NCBI GenBank assembly: GCA_964598655.1
Contig: CAZRCT010000002.1
Span: 67,146 to 131,145, forward strand
Length of the DNA: 64,000 nucleotides
Direction of reading: 5' to 3'
Origin: an uncultured Gemmatimonadaceae bacterium
Lineage (GTDB): Bacteria; Gemmatimonadota; Gemmatimonadetes; Gemmatimonadales; GWC2-71-9
Part shown: positions 9,270-17,962 of the stretch, piece by piece
Numbering within the stretch: position 1 is the stretch's first letter
Layout of the letters: every line of letters starts with the position of its first letter
Notes under the pieces: generated by a model
Database searches by the model: none
What the model was told of the DNA's origin: nothing
Seen by the model: only the letters and a program-made list of their open reading frames with translations
Position numbers and translations under genes: made by a program

Positions 9270-10051
9270 CGTGGCTCGGGGCGGTGCTCGCGCTCGGCGC
9301 GGGCGTCCCGCTCCATCTCACGGCGCAGGACAGCGCGCCGCCGGTGCAGGCCGTTCTCGCCGGCAATTACCGCTTCGCGTACATCGCGATGGGGAAGGGC
9401 CGCCCGGTGGTGCACCTGCACGCCCGCTGGCACGCGCTCGGCGAGCCCCGTTCCTTCCTCATGGAGCTGGCGGGCTCCTCGCGGGTGGTTTCCTACAGCC
9501 GCCGCTACTTCCCGCCCAACCCCGCCCGGCCAGACGACGTCCCCGCCGACCCAACCACCGATGCCGCCGACCTCGTGGCGCTGGTGCGCGCCCTGCGCCT
9601 CGACGCCGTGGTCCTCGTGGCCGAGGGCGCCGGCAGCACCGCCGCGCTCCGCGCCGCGCGCCGGGAGCCCGGACTCATCGCCGGGGTCGTCCTGATCGAG
9701 CCGATGGTCGACGGCCCCCTCGCCGTCACCGCCGACCCCGACACCAACGCCGGCCGTCGCGACGTCCGGGTGGCGCCGATGGACCAGCCCCGCCCGGCGG
9801 ACCTCGATGCGCCAGGGCGCCCGCTACGCTGCGAGGAGGTGACAGGCGTCACCCCCCCGCTCCTGCTCATCGACGGCACCACCAGTGAGCCGGAGATCGG
9901 GGCCGCCGTCGGGCGGATGGCGGCGTGCCGTCCCGGCACCGAGGTCGTGCGCGTGGATGGAGCCGTGCTCACCACCCACGACCCCACCGGAACAGCAGGG
10001 GCGGTGGCGCGGTTCATTGCCACCCTGCCCCACCCCGCCCCGGCCCGTTAG
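9254..10051 (+). CDS. Secreted alpha/beta-hydrolase-fold protein, apparently lacking the nucleophile Ser
   Basis: ATG at 9254 (MHRHLTWLGAVLALGAGV..., a signal-peptide-like start). It has the alpha/beta-hydrolase layout, but the nucleophile elbow reads VLVAEGAGS instead of GxSxG. Confidence 0.55.
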   Translation: MHRHLTWLGAVLALGAGVPLHLTAQDSAPPVQAVLAGNYRFAYIAMGKGRPVVHLHARWHALGEPRSFLMELAGSSRVVSYSRRYFPPNPARPDDVPADPTTDAADLVALVRALRLDAVVLVAEGAGSTAALRAARREPGLIAGVVLIEPMVDGPLAVTADPDTNAGRRDVRVAPMDQPRPADLDAPGRPLRCEEVTGVTPPLLLIDGTTSEPEIGAAVGRMAACRPGTEVVRVDGAVLTTHDPTGTAGAVARFIATLPHPAPAR

Positions 10052-10142
10052 CTTGCTGCCCATGCTCGCCCCCCGTCCGGCCGCGCACCTCGGCACTTCG
10101 CCGGCCGCCCGATCGTCGTCCCTCGTTCCCGCCTGATCGCTC

Positions 10143-11183
10143 ATGCGCGCCCTCGTCAAAGTCGCCGCCGGCCCCGGCATGGAAGTCCGGGATGTGCCCA
10201 TCCCCGCCTGCGGCCCGAGCGATGCCCTGATCAAGGTCCACTACGCCGGCGTCTGCGGCACGGACCTCCACATCTGGGAGTGGGACGCGTGGGCCGCGGG
10301 CCGCCTCAAGCCGCCCGTGACCATCGGCCACGAATTCGCCGGCGAGATCGTCGAACTCGGCCCCGAGGCCAAGGCCGAGGGCCTGCTGGCCATCGGGGAC
10401 CTGGTCACCGCCGAGGGCCACATCGTCTGCGGCCACTGCCTCCCCTGCCGCACCGGCGACGCGCACGTCTGCCGCCGCACCCGCATCATCGGCGTCGACC
10501 GGGATGGCGCCTTCGCCGAGTACATCACCATGCCCGCCGGCAACGTGATGAAGCTCGACGGCATCCCCACCGAGATCGGCGCCATCATGGACCCGATGGG
10601 GAACGCGGTGCACACGGTGCTCGAGGGCGGCAATGTGCCGGGCAGCGCCGTGCTGGTGCTCGGCTGCGGGCCGATCGGCTGCTTCGCGGTGGGCGTGGCG
10701 CGCGCGGCGGGCGCCTCGCTGGTGATCGCCAGCGACTACAACCCGATGCGCCTCGACCTGGCCCGGAAGATGGGCGCCCAGGTGACCCTCAACCCCGGCA
10801 GCGACGACGTCGTGGCCAAGTGCCGGGAGCTGACGGGCGGCGAGGGCGTGGACCTCGTCTGCGAGATGAGCGGGCACCCCGCCGGCCACCAGACCGCCTT
10901 CAGCGCCGCGCGGCTCGGCGGCCGGGTCAACTTCCTCGGCACGCCGGCCAAGACCACCGACGTGAACTTCGCCCGCGACGTGATCTTCAAGGGGCTCACG
11001 CTCTACGGCGTCACCGGCCGGCGCATGTACGACACCTGGCAGCAGATGTTCCGCCTGCTCCGCGCCGGGCAGCTCGACCCGCGCCCCACCGTCACCCACC
11101 GCTTCCCCCTCGAGCGGATCGCCGACGCGATCCAGGTCATCAAGGAAGGCCAGGCCGGCAAGGTCATCCTCGAGATCGCCTGA
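10143..11183 (+). CDS. tdh: L-threonine 3-dehydrogenase
   Basis: 346-aa Zn-ADH family protein with GVCGTDLHIWEWDAWA and GHEFAGEIVELG. It is followed by kbl. Confidence 0.9.
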   Translation: MRALVKVAAGPGMEVRDVPIPACGPSDALIKVHYAGVCGTDLHIWEWDAWAAGRLKPPVTIGHEFAGEIVELGPEAKAEGLLAIGDLVTAEGHIVCGHCLPCRTGDAHVCRRTRIIGVDRDGAFAEYITMPAGNVMKLDGIPTEIGAIMDPMGNAVHTVLEGGNVPGSAVLVLGCGPIGCFAVGVARAAGASLVIASDYNPMRLDLARKMGAQVTLNPGSDDVVAKCRELTGGEGVDLVCEMSGHPAGHQTAFSAARLGGRVNFLGTPAKTTDVNFARDVIFKGLTLYGVTGRRMYDTWQQMFRLLRAGQLDPRPTVTHRFPLERIADAIQVIKEGQAGKVILEIA

Positions 11184-11203
11184 GCGCCTCCCCGGAGAGC
11201 CCC

Positions 11204-12397
11204 ATGTCCCTCGTCTCGCGCCTCCAGGCCGACCTCGCGCAGTTCAAGCGGGACGGCGTCTACAAGCAGCTCCTCTACCTCGACGGCCCCCAGGGTGCCC
11301 GCGTCCGCATGGAAGGCCGGGGCGAGGTCATCGTCCTCTCCTCCAACAACTACCTCGGCCTCTGCGACGTGCCCGAGGTGGTGGCCGCCGGCAAGCGCGC
11401 CCTCGACCGGTTCGGCGCCGGCACGGCGAGCGTCCGCTTCATCTGCGGCACCTTCACCGTGCACCGCGCGCTCGAGGAGGCCTGCGCCCGCCTCGTCGGC
11501 TGCAAGGCGTCGCTCAGCTTCGTCAGCTGCTGGAACGCCAACGAGGCCGTCCCCGGCACCCTGCTCGGCGAGGACGACCTCGTCATCAGCGACCAGCTGA
11601 ACCACGCCTCCATCATCGACGGCATCCGCCTGGCCAAGGCGATCACCAAGTGCCAGACGGCGGTCTACAAGCACGCCGACCTCACCGACCTCGACCAGAA
11701 GCTCGCCGCCGCGAAGGACCGCCGCACCAAGATGGTGATCACCGACGGCGTGTTCTCCATGGAAGGGAGCATCGCCAGGCTCCCCGACATCGCCGAGGTC
11801 TGCCGGCGCCACGGCGCGGTCCTCGTCGTGGACGACTCGCACGCCACCGGCGTCCTCGGCAAGACCGGCCGCGGCACCGCCGAGCACTTCGGCATGCTGG
11901 GCGAGATCGACATCATCACCTCCACCCTCGGCAAGGCGCTCGGCGGGGCGGCCGGCGGCTTCGTGGCTGCGGATCCCGCCGTCACCGACTACCTCACCCA
12001 GCGGGCCCGGCCCCAGCTCTTCTCCAACGCGCTGCCCCCCACCGTCGCGGCGAGCGCGCTCGCCAGTGTCGAGTACCTCGAGCACCATCCCGAGCGCGTC
12101 GAGACACTCCGCCAGAACGCCCGCTACTTCCGCGAACGGCTCCTCGAGGCCGGCTTCCAGCCGCTGCCCGGCGAAACCCCCATCATCCCCGTCATCCTCG
12201 GGGAGACTTCCCGCGCCATCGAGATGAGCCGGCAGTTGCTGGAGGAGGGGGTTTTCATCACCGGGTTCGGCTATCCCGTGGTTCCACAGGGGCAGGCCCG
12301 GGTGCGCTGCCAGATCTCCGCCGCCCACACTCAGGACGATCTGGACCAGGTGCTGCATGCCATGAAGAAGGTGGGCCGCCGCCTAGGGGTTGTGTGA
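11204..12397 (+). CDS. kbl: 2-amino-3-ketobutyrate CoA ligase (glycine C-acetyltransferase)
   Basis: ATG at 11204. It shows PLP-dependent alpha-oxoamine synthase features (NNYLGL, DDSHATG, TSTLGKALGG) and lies directly after tdh. Confidence 0.9.
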   Translation: MSLVSRLQADLAQFKRDGVYKQLLYLDGPQGARVRMEGRGEVIVLSSNNYLGLCDVPEVVAAGKRALDRFGAGTASVRFICGTFTVHRALEEACARLVGCKASLSFVSCWNANEAVPGTLLGEDDLVISDQLNHASIIDGIRLAKAITKCQTAVYKHADLTDLDQKLAAAKDRRTKMVITDGVFSMEGSIARLPDIAEVCRRHGAVLVVDDSHATGVLGKTGRGTAEHFGMLGEIDIITSTLGKALGGAAGGFVAADPAVTDYLTQRARPQLFSNALPPTVAASALASVEYLEHHPERVETLRQNARYFRERLLEAGFQPLPGETPIIPVILGETSRAIEMSRQLLEEGVFITGFGYPVVPQGQARVRCQISAAHTQDDLDQVLHAMKKVGRRLGVV

Positions 12398-12408
12398 CGT
12401 AGGTCACA
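12393..12408. promoter_or_regulatory. Exact CRP-type palindrome TGTGA-N6-TCACA
   Basis: tgtga cgtagg tcaca, read directly. It overlaps the kbl stop codon and lies ~130 bp upstream of the OMP gene. A possible -35 TTGCCG (12439-12444) and -10 TAGTTT (12462-12467), with a 17-nt spacer, lie downstream. Confidence 0.3.
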
Positions 12409-12537
12409 AGTTCGGCAAATGTTCGGGCATGGGGATGCTTGCCGGAATCGGGCACCTCAAGTAGTTTGGTAACTCGACTTCCCAAGCAAAAGCCACCAAA
12501 GCCTATAGGGGCCTGAGGCCCACCTCCCGGAGGCACC

Positions 12538-13209
12538 GTGATGCGTACGCTCGGCCGCACCCTACTGGTGCTCGGGCTTGTCGGTCTCACCACCGCGTCG
12601 AGACTCGCCGCCCAGCAGACGGGCTTCGAGTCGTTCAAGTGGTATTTCGGCGCCCAGGGCGGTGTCACCATCATCGAGACCCCGACCCAGACCAAGGGCG
12701 CCATCCCCACGGTCGGGGGGCACATCCTCATCACCGCCAAGCGGACTGGCCTCCTCTTCTCCGTGGAAGAGGGCTTCAAGAAGAACCAGACCACTTCGTA
12801 CGCCGACAACACCGTGGTCGGTGGCTCGCGGCAGGTGCTGTTCAACGACATCCGGAAATACTCGGTCGCGGTGGTGTTCTTCCCCTTCCGCACCGTGGCC
12901 CAGCCGTACTTCGGCTTCGGCGCCGGTATCCTGCACACCGTGAAGGAGTACCCGCAGGGCTTCTTCGGCTCGCCCGCGGCGGCGGACACCGCCGCCAAGC
13001 TGGCCGATCGCCTGGGCGGACACGGGTTTGCGTCCTTCACTGGCGGCGTCCAGTTCCGCGTCAACCGCTTCATCGCCTTCGGACAGTACCAGCTGGCCTC
13101 GTCGCCGAGCGGTGGAAAGCTGCTCACCGGCGCGTCCCACGCCTTCACGGCGGGCCTGCGGATCGGCCTGGGCTCCTCGCGGGAAGAGACCACGGGGGGC
13201 GGGTACTAG
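12538..13209 (+). CDS. Outer-membrane beta-barrel protein (OmpA-beta/OmpW-like small porin fold)
   Basis: Signal peptide MMRTLGRTLLVLGLVGLTTASRLAAQ, alternating amphipathic strands, and an aromatic C-terminal residue (...GGGY). GGAGG lies 8 nt upstream. Confidence 0.65.
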   Translation: MMRTLGRTLLVLGLVGLTTASRLAAQQTGFESFKWYFGAQGGVTIIETPTQTKGAIPTVGGHILITAKRTGLLFSVEEGFKKNQTTSYADNTVVGGSRQVLFNDIRKYSVAVVFFPFRTVAQPYFGFGAGILHTVKEYPQGFFGSPAAADTAAKLADRLGGHGFASFTGGVQFRVNRFIAFGQYQLASSPSGGKLLTGASHAFTAGLRIGLGSSREETTGGGY

Positions 13210-13229
13210 TCCCCGTCCGACGGCAGGCT

Positions 13230-13274
13230 GCAACGATCGAGGGCGGGCCCCAGTGGCCCGCCCTCAGTCGTTGC
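13230..13274. terminator. Bidirectional stem-loop between convergent genes
   Basis: Core stem gagggcgggcc (13239-13249) pairs with ggcccgccctc (13255-13265). It is extended by gcaacga/tcgttgc across a 2-nt bulge. Confidence 0.55.
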
Positions 13275-13869
13275 TGCCCCGCGGCCCCGAGACCCAGGAA
13301 CTCCCGGCCTCGAGGAACCGGAGCGGCCAGTCCGCCGCCTTGGTGATGCCGATGCGGGGGGTGACCCGCACTCGTCTGTCAGGAACCCCGTCCCCGCCGA
13401 GCACCCGGGCCACCGACCGTCGCATCGGCCGGCCATCGAGCGTCCGGTCGATCCCCAGCGCCTGACACAGGCGCCCCGGGCCGGCGCAGAGCAGCCGGGG
13501 GATCGTGGTGCCGCGGCGCCGGCCCATGAGCTCCAGGCCCTCGAGCGGCTCCAGGGCGCGGAGCAGGACCGCCGCCCCCTGACCCGGCGGGCCGGCGACC
13601 AGGTTGGCGCACCAGTGCATCCCGTAGCTCAGGTACACGTACCAGGTCCCCGGCGGGCCGTAGATCGCCGCGTTGCGCCCGGTGCGCCGCAGGCCGGCAG
13701 CGTGCGACGCCGGATCCTCGCCGCCCAGGTACGCCTCGGTCTCCACGATCCGGCCGGCGGCCCCCTCGACCACGAGCACCTGCCCGAGGAGGTCCCGTGC
13801 CACCTCGGCGGCGGACCGGGCAAAAAAGGCGACGGGCAGCAGGGCTGCCCGTCGCGCGCGCTTGGTCAC
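13264..13869 (-). CDS. mpg: DNA-3-methyladenine glycosylase (AAG/Mpg family)
   Basis: RIVETEAYLGGEDPASHA...GTWYVYLSYGMHWCANLV is diagnostic of the Mpg family. Its GTG start overlaps the upstream stop (GTGA). Confidence 0.85.
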   Translation of the reverse strand: MTKRARRAALLPVAFFARSAAEVARDLLGQVLVVEGAAGRIVETEAYLGGEDPASHAAGLRRTGRNAAIYGPPGTWYVYLSYGMHWCANLVAGPPGQGAAVLLRALEPLEGLELMGRRRGTTIPRLLCAGPGRLCQALGIDRTLDGRPMRRSVARVLGGDGVPDRRVRVTPRIGITKAADWPLRFLEAGSSWVSGPRGSND

Positions 13870-15500
13870 TCCGCCTTCTTTTTGGCCCGGGGTCGGCTGG
13901 CCTTTTTCTTGGCCAGGGCCGGTTCCGCGGCCTCCTCCGCCGGTGCGGTCTTGGCCGCCTTCTTCTTGGAACCCCGACCCTTCTTCGGGGCCGCCTCGGA
14001 CGGCTCGGCCGCCGGCGCCTCGTCATCCAGGCTCACCACGCCGACCATCGCGATCGCCGGCGGCGCCGAGCCGAGGCGCGAGCCGCGGCGGAAGCGGATG
14101 CCGCCGCGGGCCGCCGCCGCGCCGTTGCCGCCCGGCGTGACCACCATCGGTTCCTCCGCCACGGACTCCTCCGAGGCGGCGCGCTCGCGCGGGGCCTGCG
14201 GCGCGGCCGGCTGCGGGGCCGCCTCCACGCCCCGCCCGATGACCTCGAACTCCCCCTCGCCGAGCTTGCGGACATCCGCCACCTCGGCGTCGTGCGCCTG
14301 CCGCAGGAAGCGGGCGAAGCGCTCGGCCTCGAGCAGCGCGTCCTCGCGGCCGTGCAGGGCCGCCATCCGGAGCCGGAGCGCCTCGTGCCCCACCGGGGTC
14401 GGGAGTTCGGCCAGCGCGCGGCGCATCAGGTCGAAGGCCCGCGCCAGGGTGAGGCCTTCGCTGCCGCGGGCCGCCGCCGGCGGCAGGTCGGGGGTCCGGG
14501 TTTCGGCCTCCCCGCGCGCCTCGTCGCGACCGCCGCGGCGGTCGCGGTCCCGGCCGCGGCCGCGGCCACGGCGACCCCGACCCTCGCGTCCCTCGCGACC
14601 CTCCCGGCCGCCTTCCTCCCCGCGCCCGCCCTCCCGCGCGGCCTCGGCCGGCCGGTCGGCGCCCCGCGCGGGCGCCGCCGGCGCCGCGGCGCCCTCCATC
14701 GGGGCCACCTCGTACTGGCCGTTGTCGAGCCGGGTGAGCTTGACGAGGCCCTTGTGCCCGGCCTCGAGCACGAACTTCGAGAACCGACTGTAGCCCGCGT
14801 TCTTCTCGTCGAAGTTCGGGTCGATCTGCTGCATCACCTGCTTGAGGCGGTCGGAACGCATCACGTCGCCCGAGCGCGCCATGGTGGCCACGGCCTCCTG
14901 CACCAGGTGCCACGGATCCTTCTGCGTGGAGGGGACCTCGGCTTCCTTGGTGAGGCCGGCGAGGTCCGAGTACGAGTAGTACTCGTCGCAGTTCTGGATC
15001 AGCAGGTCGCTCGCCGACTCGCGGATGCCGACGCCGATCACGTACTTGCCGTACTCCTTCAGCTTGATCACCAGCATCGAGAAGTCGCTGTCACCCGAGA
15101 GCAGGATGAAGGTGCCGATCTCGGGGCGCGTGAACACCAGCTCCATCGCGTCGATGGCCAGGCGGATGTCCGTCGCGTTCTTCTTGTTGGTGCCGAAGGC
15201 GGGGGCGAAGATCAGGTCGATCGAGGACTCCGACAGCGGCACAATGTACTGGTGGTACCGCCGCCAGTCGGCATAGGCGCGGGAGACCGCGACCTTGCCC
15301 TTGATGATGTCGCTGTTGAGGAGGTGCTTCAGTTCCTTCGTGAGGTCCGAGCGGATGCCGAGCGTGACGTTGTCGAAGTCGATCAGCAGCGCGGCGTTGG
15401 GCGCGTGCAGGGGCGGATCCCCCGCGCGCAGGTGGCGAAGGTGAGGCTGGGTCACTGGTTGGTTGGCTCCACGCGCGACCCCTCCGGCCGTCCCCGCCAA
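13866..15500 (-). CDS. NYN-domain (LabA-like) protein with two OST-HTH/LOTUS domains, an RG-rich linker and a Lys/Ala-rich tail
   Basis: The N-terminal LLIDFDNV...NATDIRLAIDAMELV...ILLSGDSDF matches NYN/LabA. The OST-HTH-like segments are ...DEKNAGYSRFSKFVLEAGHKGLVKL... and ...FARFLRQAHDAEVADVRKL.... The maximal ORF starts at a TTG at 15500; an alternative GTG at 15455 is preceded by GGAG. Confidence 0.8.
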   Translation of the reverse strand: MAGTAGGVARGANQPVTQPHLRHLRAGDPPLHAPNAALLIDFDNVTLGIRSDLTKELKHLLNSDIIKGKVAVSRAYADWRRYHQYIVPLSESSIDLIFAPAFGTNKKNATDIRLAIDAMELVFTRPEIGTFILLSGDSDFSMLVIKLKEYGKYVIGVGIRESASDLLIQNCDEYYSYSDLAGLTKEAEVPSTQKDPWHLVQEAVATMARSGDVMRSDRLKQVMQQIDPNFDEKNAGYSRFSKFVLEAGHKGLVKLTRLDNGQYEVAPMEGAAAPAAPARGADRPAEAAREGGRGEEGGREGREGREGRGRRGRGRGRDRDRRGGRDEARGEAETRTPDLPPAAARGSEGLTLARAFDLMRRALAELPTPVGHEALRLRMAALHGREDALLEAERFARFLRQAHDAEVADVRKLGEGEFEVIGRGVEAAPQPAAPQAPRERAASEESVAEEPMVVTPGGNGAAAARGGIRFRRGSRLGSAPPAIAMVGVVSLDDEAPAAEPSEAAPKKGRGSKKKAAKTAPAEEAAEPALAKKKASRPRAKKKAE

Positions 15501-15773
15501 CCTGCCCGGACCCGGCGCCGGGAAGTCAGGCGAGGCGCACCGTCAGGGCCGCGCACTCTACTGCTCAAATGGATGCGGGAGCCACAGTGGCCCGCCGCGG
15601 GGTCGCCGCGCCGTCCCGGCCCGGCTTCCCTTCCTCGCCTCACCGCCAGCGATTGCCGGATGGTCGAGGCTTGGGGTCCCCGCCGACCGGGTCAGGTCAG
15701 GGGACAATCAGGAAGCACGGCCGGGGCCGCACAGCGACGGAAAGGTAGGCAGGGACGGCAGATACGGGTAGGG

Positions 15774-16865
15774 TCAATCTCCAGCGAGGGCGGCGACGAT
15801 CCGTTCGCCCGCCCGGCCGTCCCACCCTTCCGGCCGGCCCGGCTTGAAGTGGCCCCCCGCCCGCTGGGCGAGCACCTGCTCCACCGCCGCCAGGATCCCG
15901 GCCCGCTCCGAGGGGATCAGCCGGTTGGTGCCCTCGGTGATGGTCACCGGCCGCTCGGTGTTGGGCCGCGCGGTGAGGCACGGGACGCCGAGCACGGTGG
16001 TCTCCTCCTGGAGCCCGCCGCTGTCGGTGAGCACCAGGGTGGCCTGGTCCACCAGCGACACGGTGTCGAGGTAGCTCAGCGGGTCGAGGAGGGTCACGCG
16101 CTGCGCCAGATGCTGCAGCCCGAACTCGCCGATCCGCGCCCGGGTGCGCGGGTGGATGGCGAAGATGACCGGCATCCGGCCCGCCAGGTCATCGAGCGCC
16201 CCCAGGATCTCCTGCAGGGTGGCCGCGTGGTCCACATTGCTCGGCCGGTGGAAGGTGCAGAAGGCGTACGGCTTCCCCGTGAGCCCGTGCCGCGCCGGCG
16301 TCCCGAGGGCCTGGGCCGTGGCACGGAGCGAGAGCAGCGTGTCCACCATGACGTTGCCGACGAACACGATGCGCGCCTCGGGAATCCCCTCGGCCCGCAG
16401 GTTGGCATCCCCATCGCGGCTCGGCGTCAGGAGCACGTCGGCGAGCTGGTCGGTGAGGAGCCGGTTGATCTCCTCGGGCATGGTGCGGTCACGGCTCCGG
16501 AGCCCCGCCTCCACGTGCGCCACCTTGATGCCCTTCTTGCTGGCCACCAGCGCCGTGGCCACCGTCGAGTTCACGTCGCCGTAGACCACCACCCAGTCGG
16601 GCTTGAGCCGGTCCAGGACGGGCTCGAACTCCATCATGATCTTCGCCGTCTGCACCGCGTGCGAGGCGGAGCCGACGTTCAGGTTCACGTCCGGCTCGGG
16701 GAGCCCGAGGTCCTGAAAGAAGCGGTCGCTCATGGCGGCGTCGTAGTGCTGCCCGGTGTGCACCAGGTACTGCACCACGCCGGGCCGGGCGCGGCCCGCG
16801 CGGAGCACCGGGGCCACCTTCATGAAGTTCGGGCGGGCCCCCACGACGTGCAGCAGGCTGGTCAT
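15774..16865 (-). CDS. wecB: UDP-N-acetylglucosamine 2-epimerase (non-hydrolysing)
   Basis: 363-aa protein: HVVGARPNFMKVAPV...VHTGQHYD...DSGGLQEE. It overlaps the histidine kinase stop by 4 nt. Confidence 0.9.
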   Translation of the reverse strand: MTSLLHVVGARPNFMKVAPVLRAGRARPGVVQYLVHTGQHYDAAMSDRFFQDLGLPEPDVNLNVGSASHAVQTAKIMMEFEPVLDRLKPDWVVVYGDVNSTVATALVASKKGIKVAHVEAGLRSRDRTMPEEINRLLTDQLADVLLTPSRDGDANLRAEGIPEARIVFVGNVMVDTLLSLRATAQALGTPARHGLTGKPYAFCTFHRPSNVDHAATLQEILGALDDLAGRMPVIFAIHPRTRARIGEFGLQHLAQRVTLLDPLSYLDTVSLVDQATLVLTDSGGLQEETTVLGVPCLTARPNTERPVTITEGTNRLIPSERAGILAAVEQVLAQRAGGHFKPGRPEGWDGRAGERIVAALAGD

Positions 16866-17962
16866 AACCGTTCGGAAGCGAGCGGAAGGTCGAGCTCGAA
16901 GAAGAACCGCGTGCCCGCGTCCGGCGAGGTGTCCACCTTGAGGGAGGAATGCATGGCCTCGACGAGCTTGCGGCAGATGGAGAGGCCGAGCCCCGCGCCC
17001 GAGAAGGCGTACTCGCCCTGCTTCTGGCGGCGGCGGAAGGGCTCGAACAGCGTGAGCATGGCGTGCGGCGGGATGCCGCGGCCGGTGTCGCGGACCGAGA
17101 ACTCGACGCGGGTGCCCTCGCGCTGGTCGCTGCGCACCTCCACGAACCCCTCGGAGGTGAACTTGAGGGCGTTGGTGGTGAGGTTGAGCAGCACCCGCGA
17201 CAGGGCCACCGGGTGGCCGACGCGGAAGTCCTCGCTGGGCATGGCGAGCTTGACCTGCAGGCCCTTCTCCTCCGCGATCGGCTGGACGATGTCGCGCACC
17301 GACTCGAGGATGTCGGAAATGGAGAACGGCAGCGGGTCGAGGTCGACGAGGCGATCGCCGCCCCGCGCCAGCTCGATCACGTCGCTCGCCAGCGAGGACA
17401 GCCCGAAGGCGGCGGAGTAGATGAGCCCGAGCTGCCGCTCCTGCACCGAGTTGATGGTCCCGGACCGGCCTCGCTGCAGCGTCTCGGCCAGGAACAGGAT
17501 GGAGGTGAGCGGCGAGCGGAGGTCGTGGGCCACCTCCACCACCAGCTCCATGCCGTCGGGCCCGGACAGCCGGTCGGCGAAGTGCTGCGCCCAGTCGGGC
17601 TCGATGGCGCGGTGGGTGGCCTCGAGACGCGCCAGCAGCGCCAGCACCTCGGCCGCGCTCGGCGCCGGCTCGAGGCGGCCCACCCGCACCAGCACCGCGC
17701 GCCGCACCAGCTCCATGAGGCGGCGCACCAGCACCGTGCGCGCGAGGCCGTCGCCGCCGGGGTGGTCGTGGTCGCGGTCGGCGCGGATCGCCCGGCCGAG
17801 GGCCACCAGGTGCTGGCGCACCTCGTCCTGGGACGGGCTGTCCTCGGCCACCTGCTGCCAGGCGGCCCCGACATCGGCCAGCGCCTCATCGAAGCAGTCC
17901 CACAACCGGGGCGGCACCGTCCCGGACACCGGGACCGGGCCGCTGTCACGCGCCACGGTCAC
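16862..17962 (-). CDS. Soluble sensor histidine kinase (HisKA + HATPase_c, no TM segments)
   Basis: H-box VAHDLRSPLTS, N-box LLNLTTNALKFT, G1 VRDTGRGIP and G2 GAGLGLSI. The ~130-aa N-terminal domain is unrecognised. Confidence 0.85.
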   Translation of the reverse strand: MTVARDSGPVPVSGTVPPRLWDCFDEALADVGAAWQQVAEDSPSQDEVRQHLVALGRAIRADRDHDHPGGDGLARTVLVRRLMELVRRAVLVRVGRLEPAPSAAEVLALLARLEATHRAIEPDWAQHFADRLSGPDGMELVVEVAHDLRSPLTSILFLAETLQRGRSGTINSVQERQLGLIYSAAFGLSSLASDVIELARGGDRLVDLDPLPFSISDILESVRDIVQPIAEEKGLQVKLAMPSEDFRVGHPVALSRVLLNLTTNALKFTSEGFVEVRSDQREGTRVEFSVRDTGRGIPPHAMLTLFEPFRRRQKQGEYAFSGAGLGLSICRKLVEAMHSSLKVDTSPDAGTRFFFELDLPLASERL

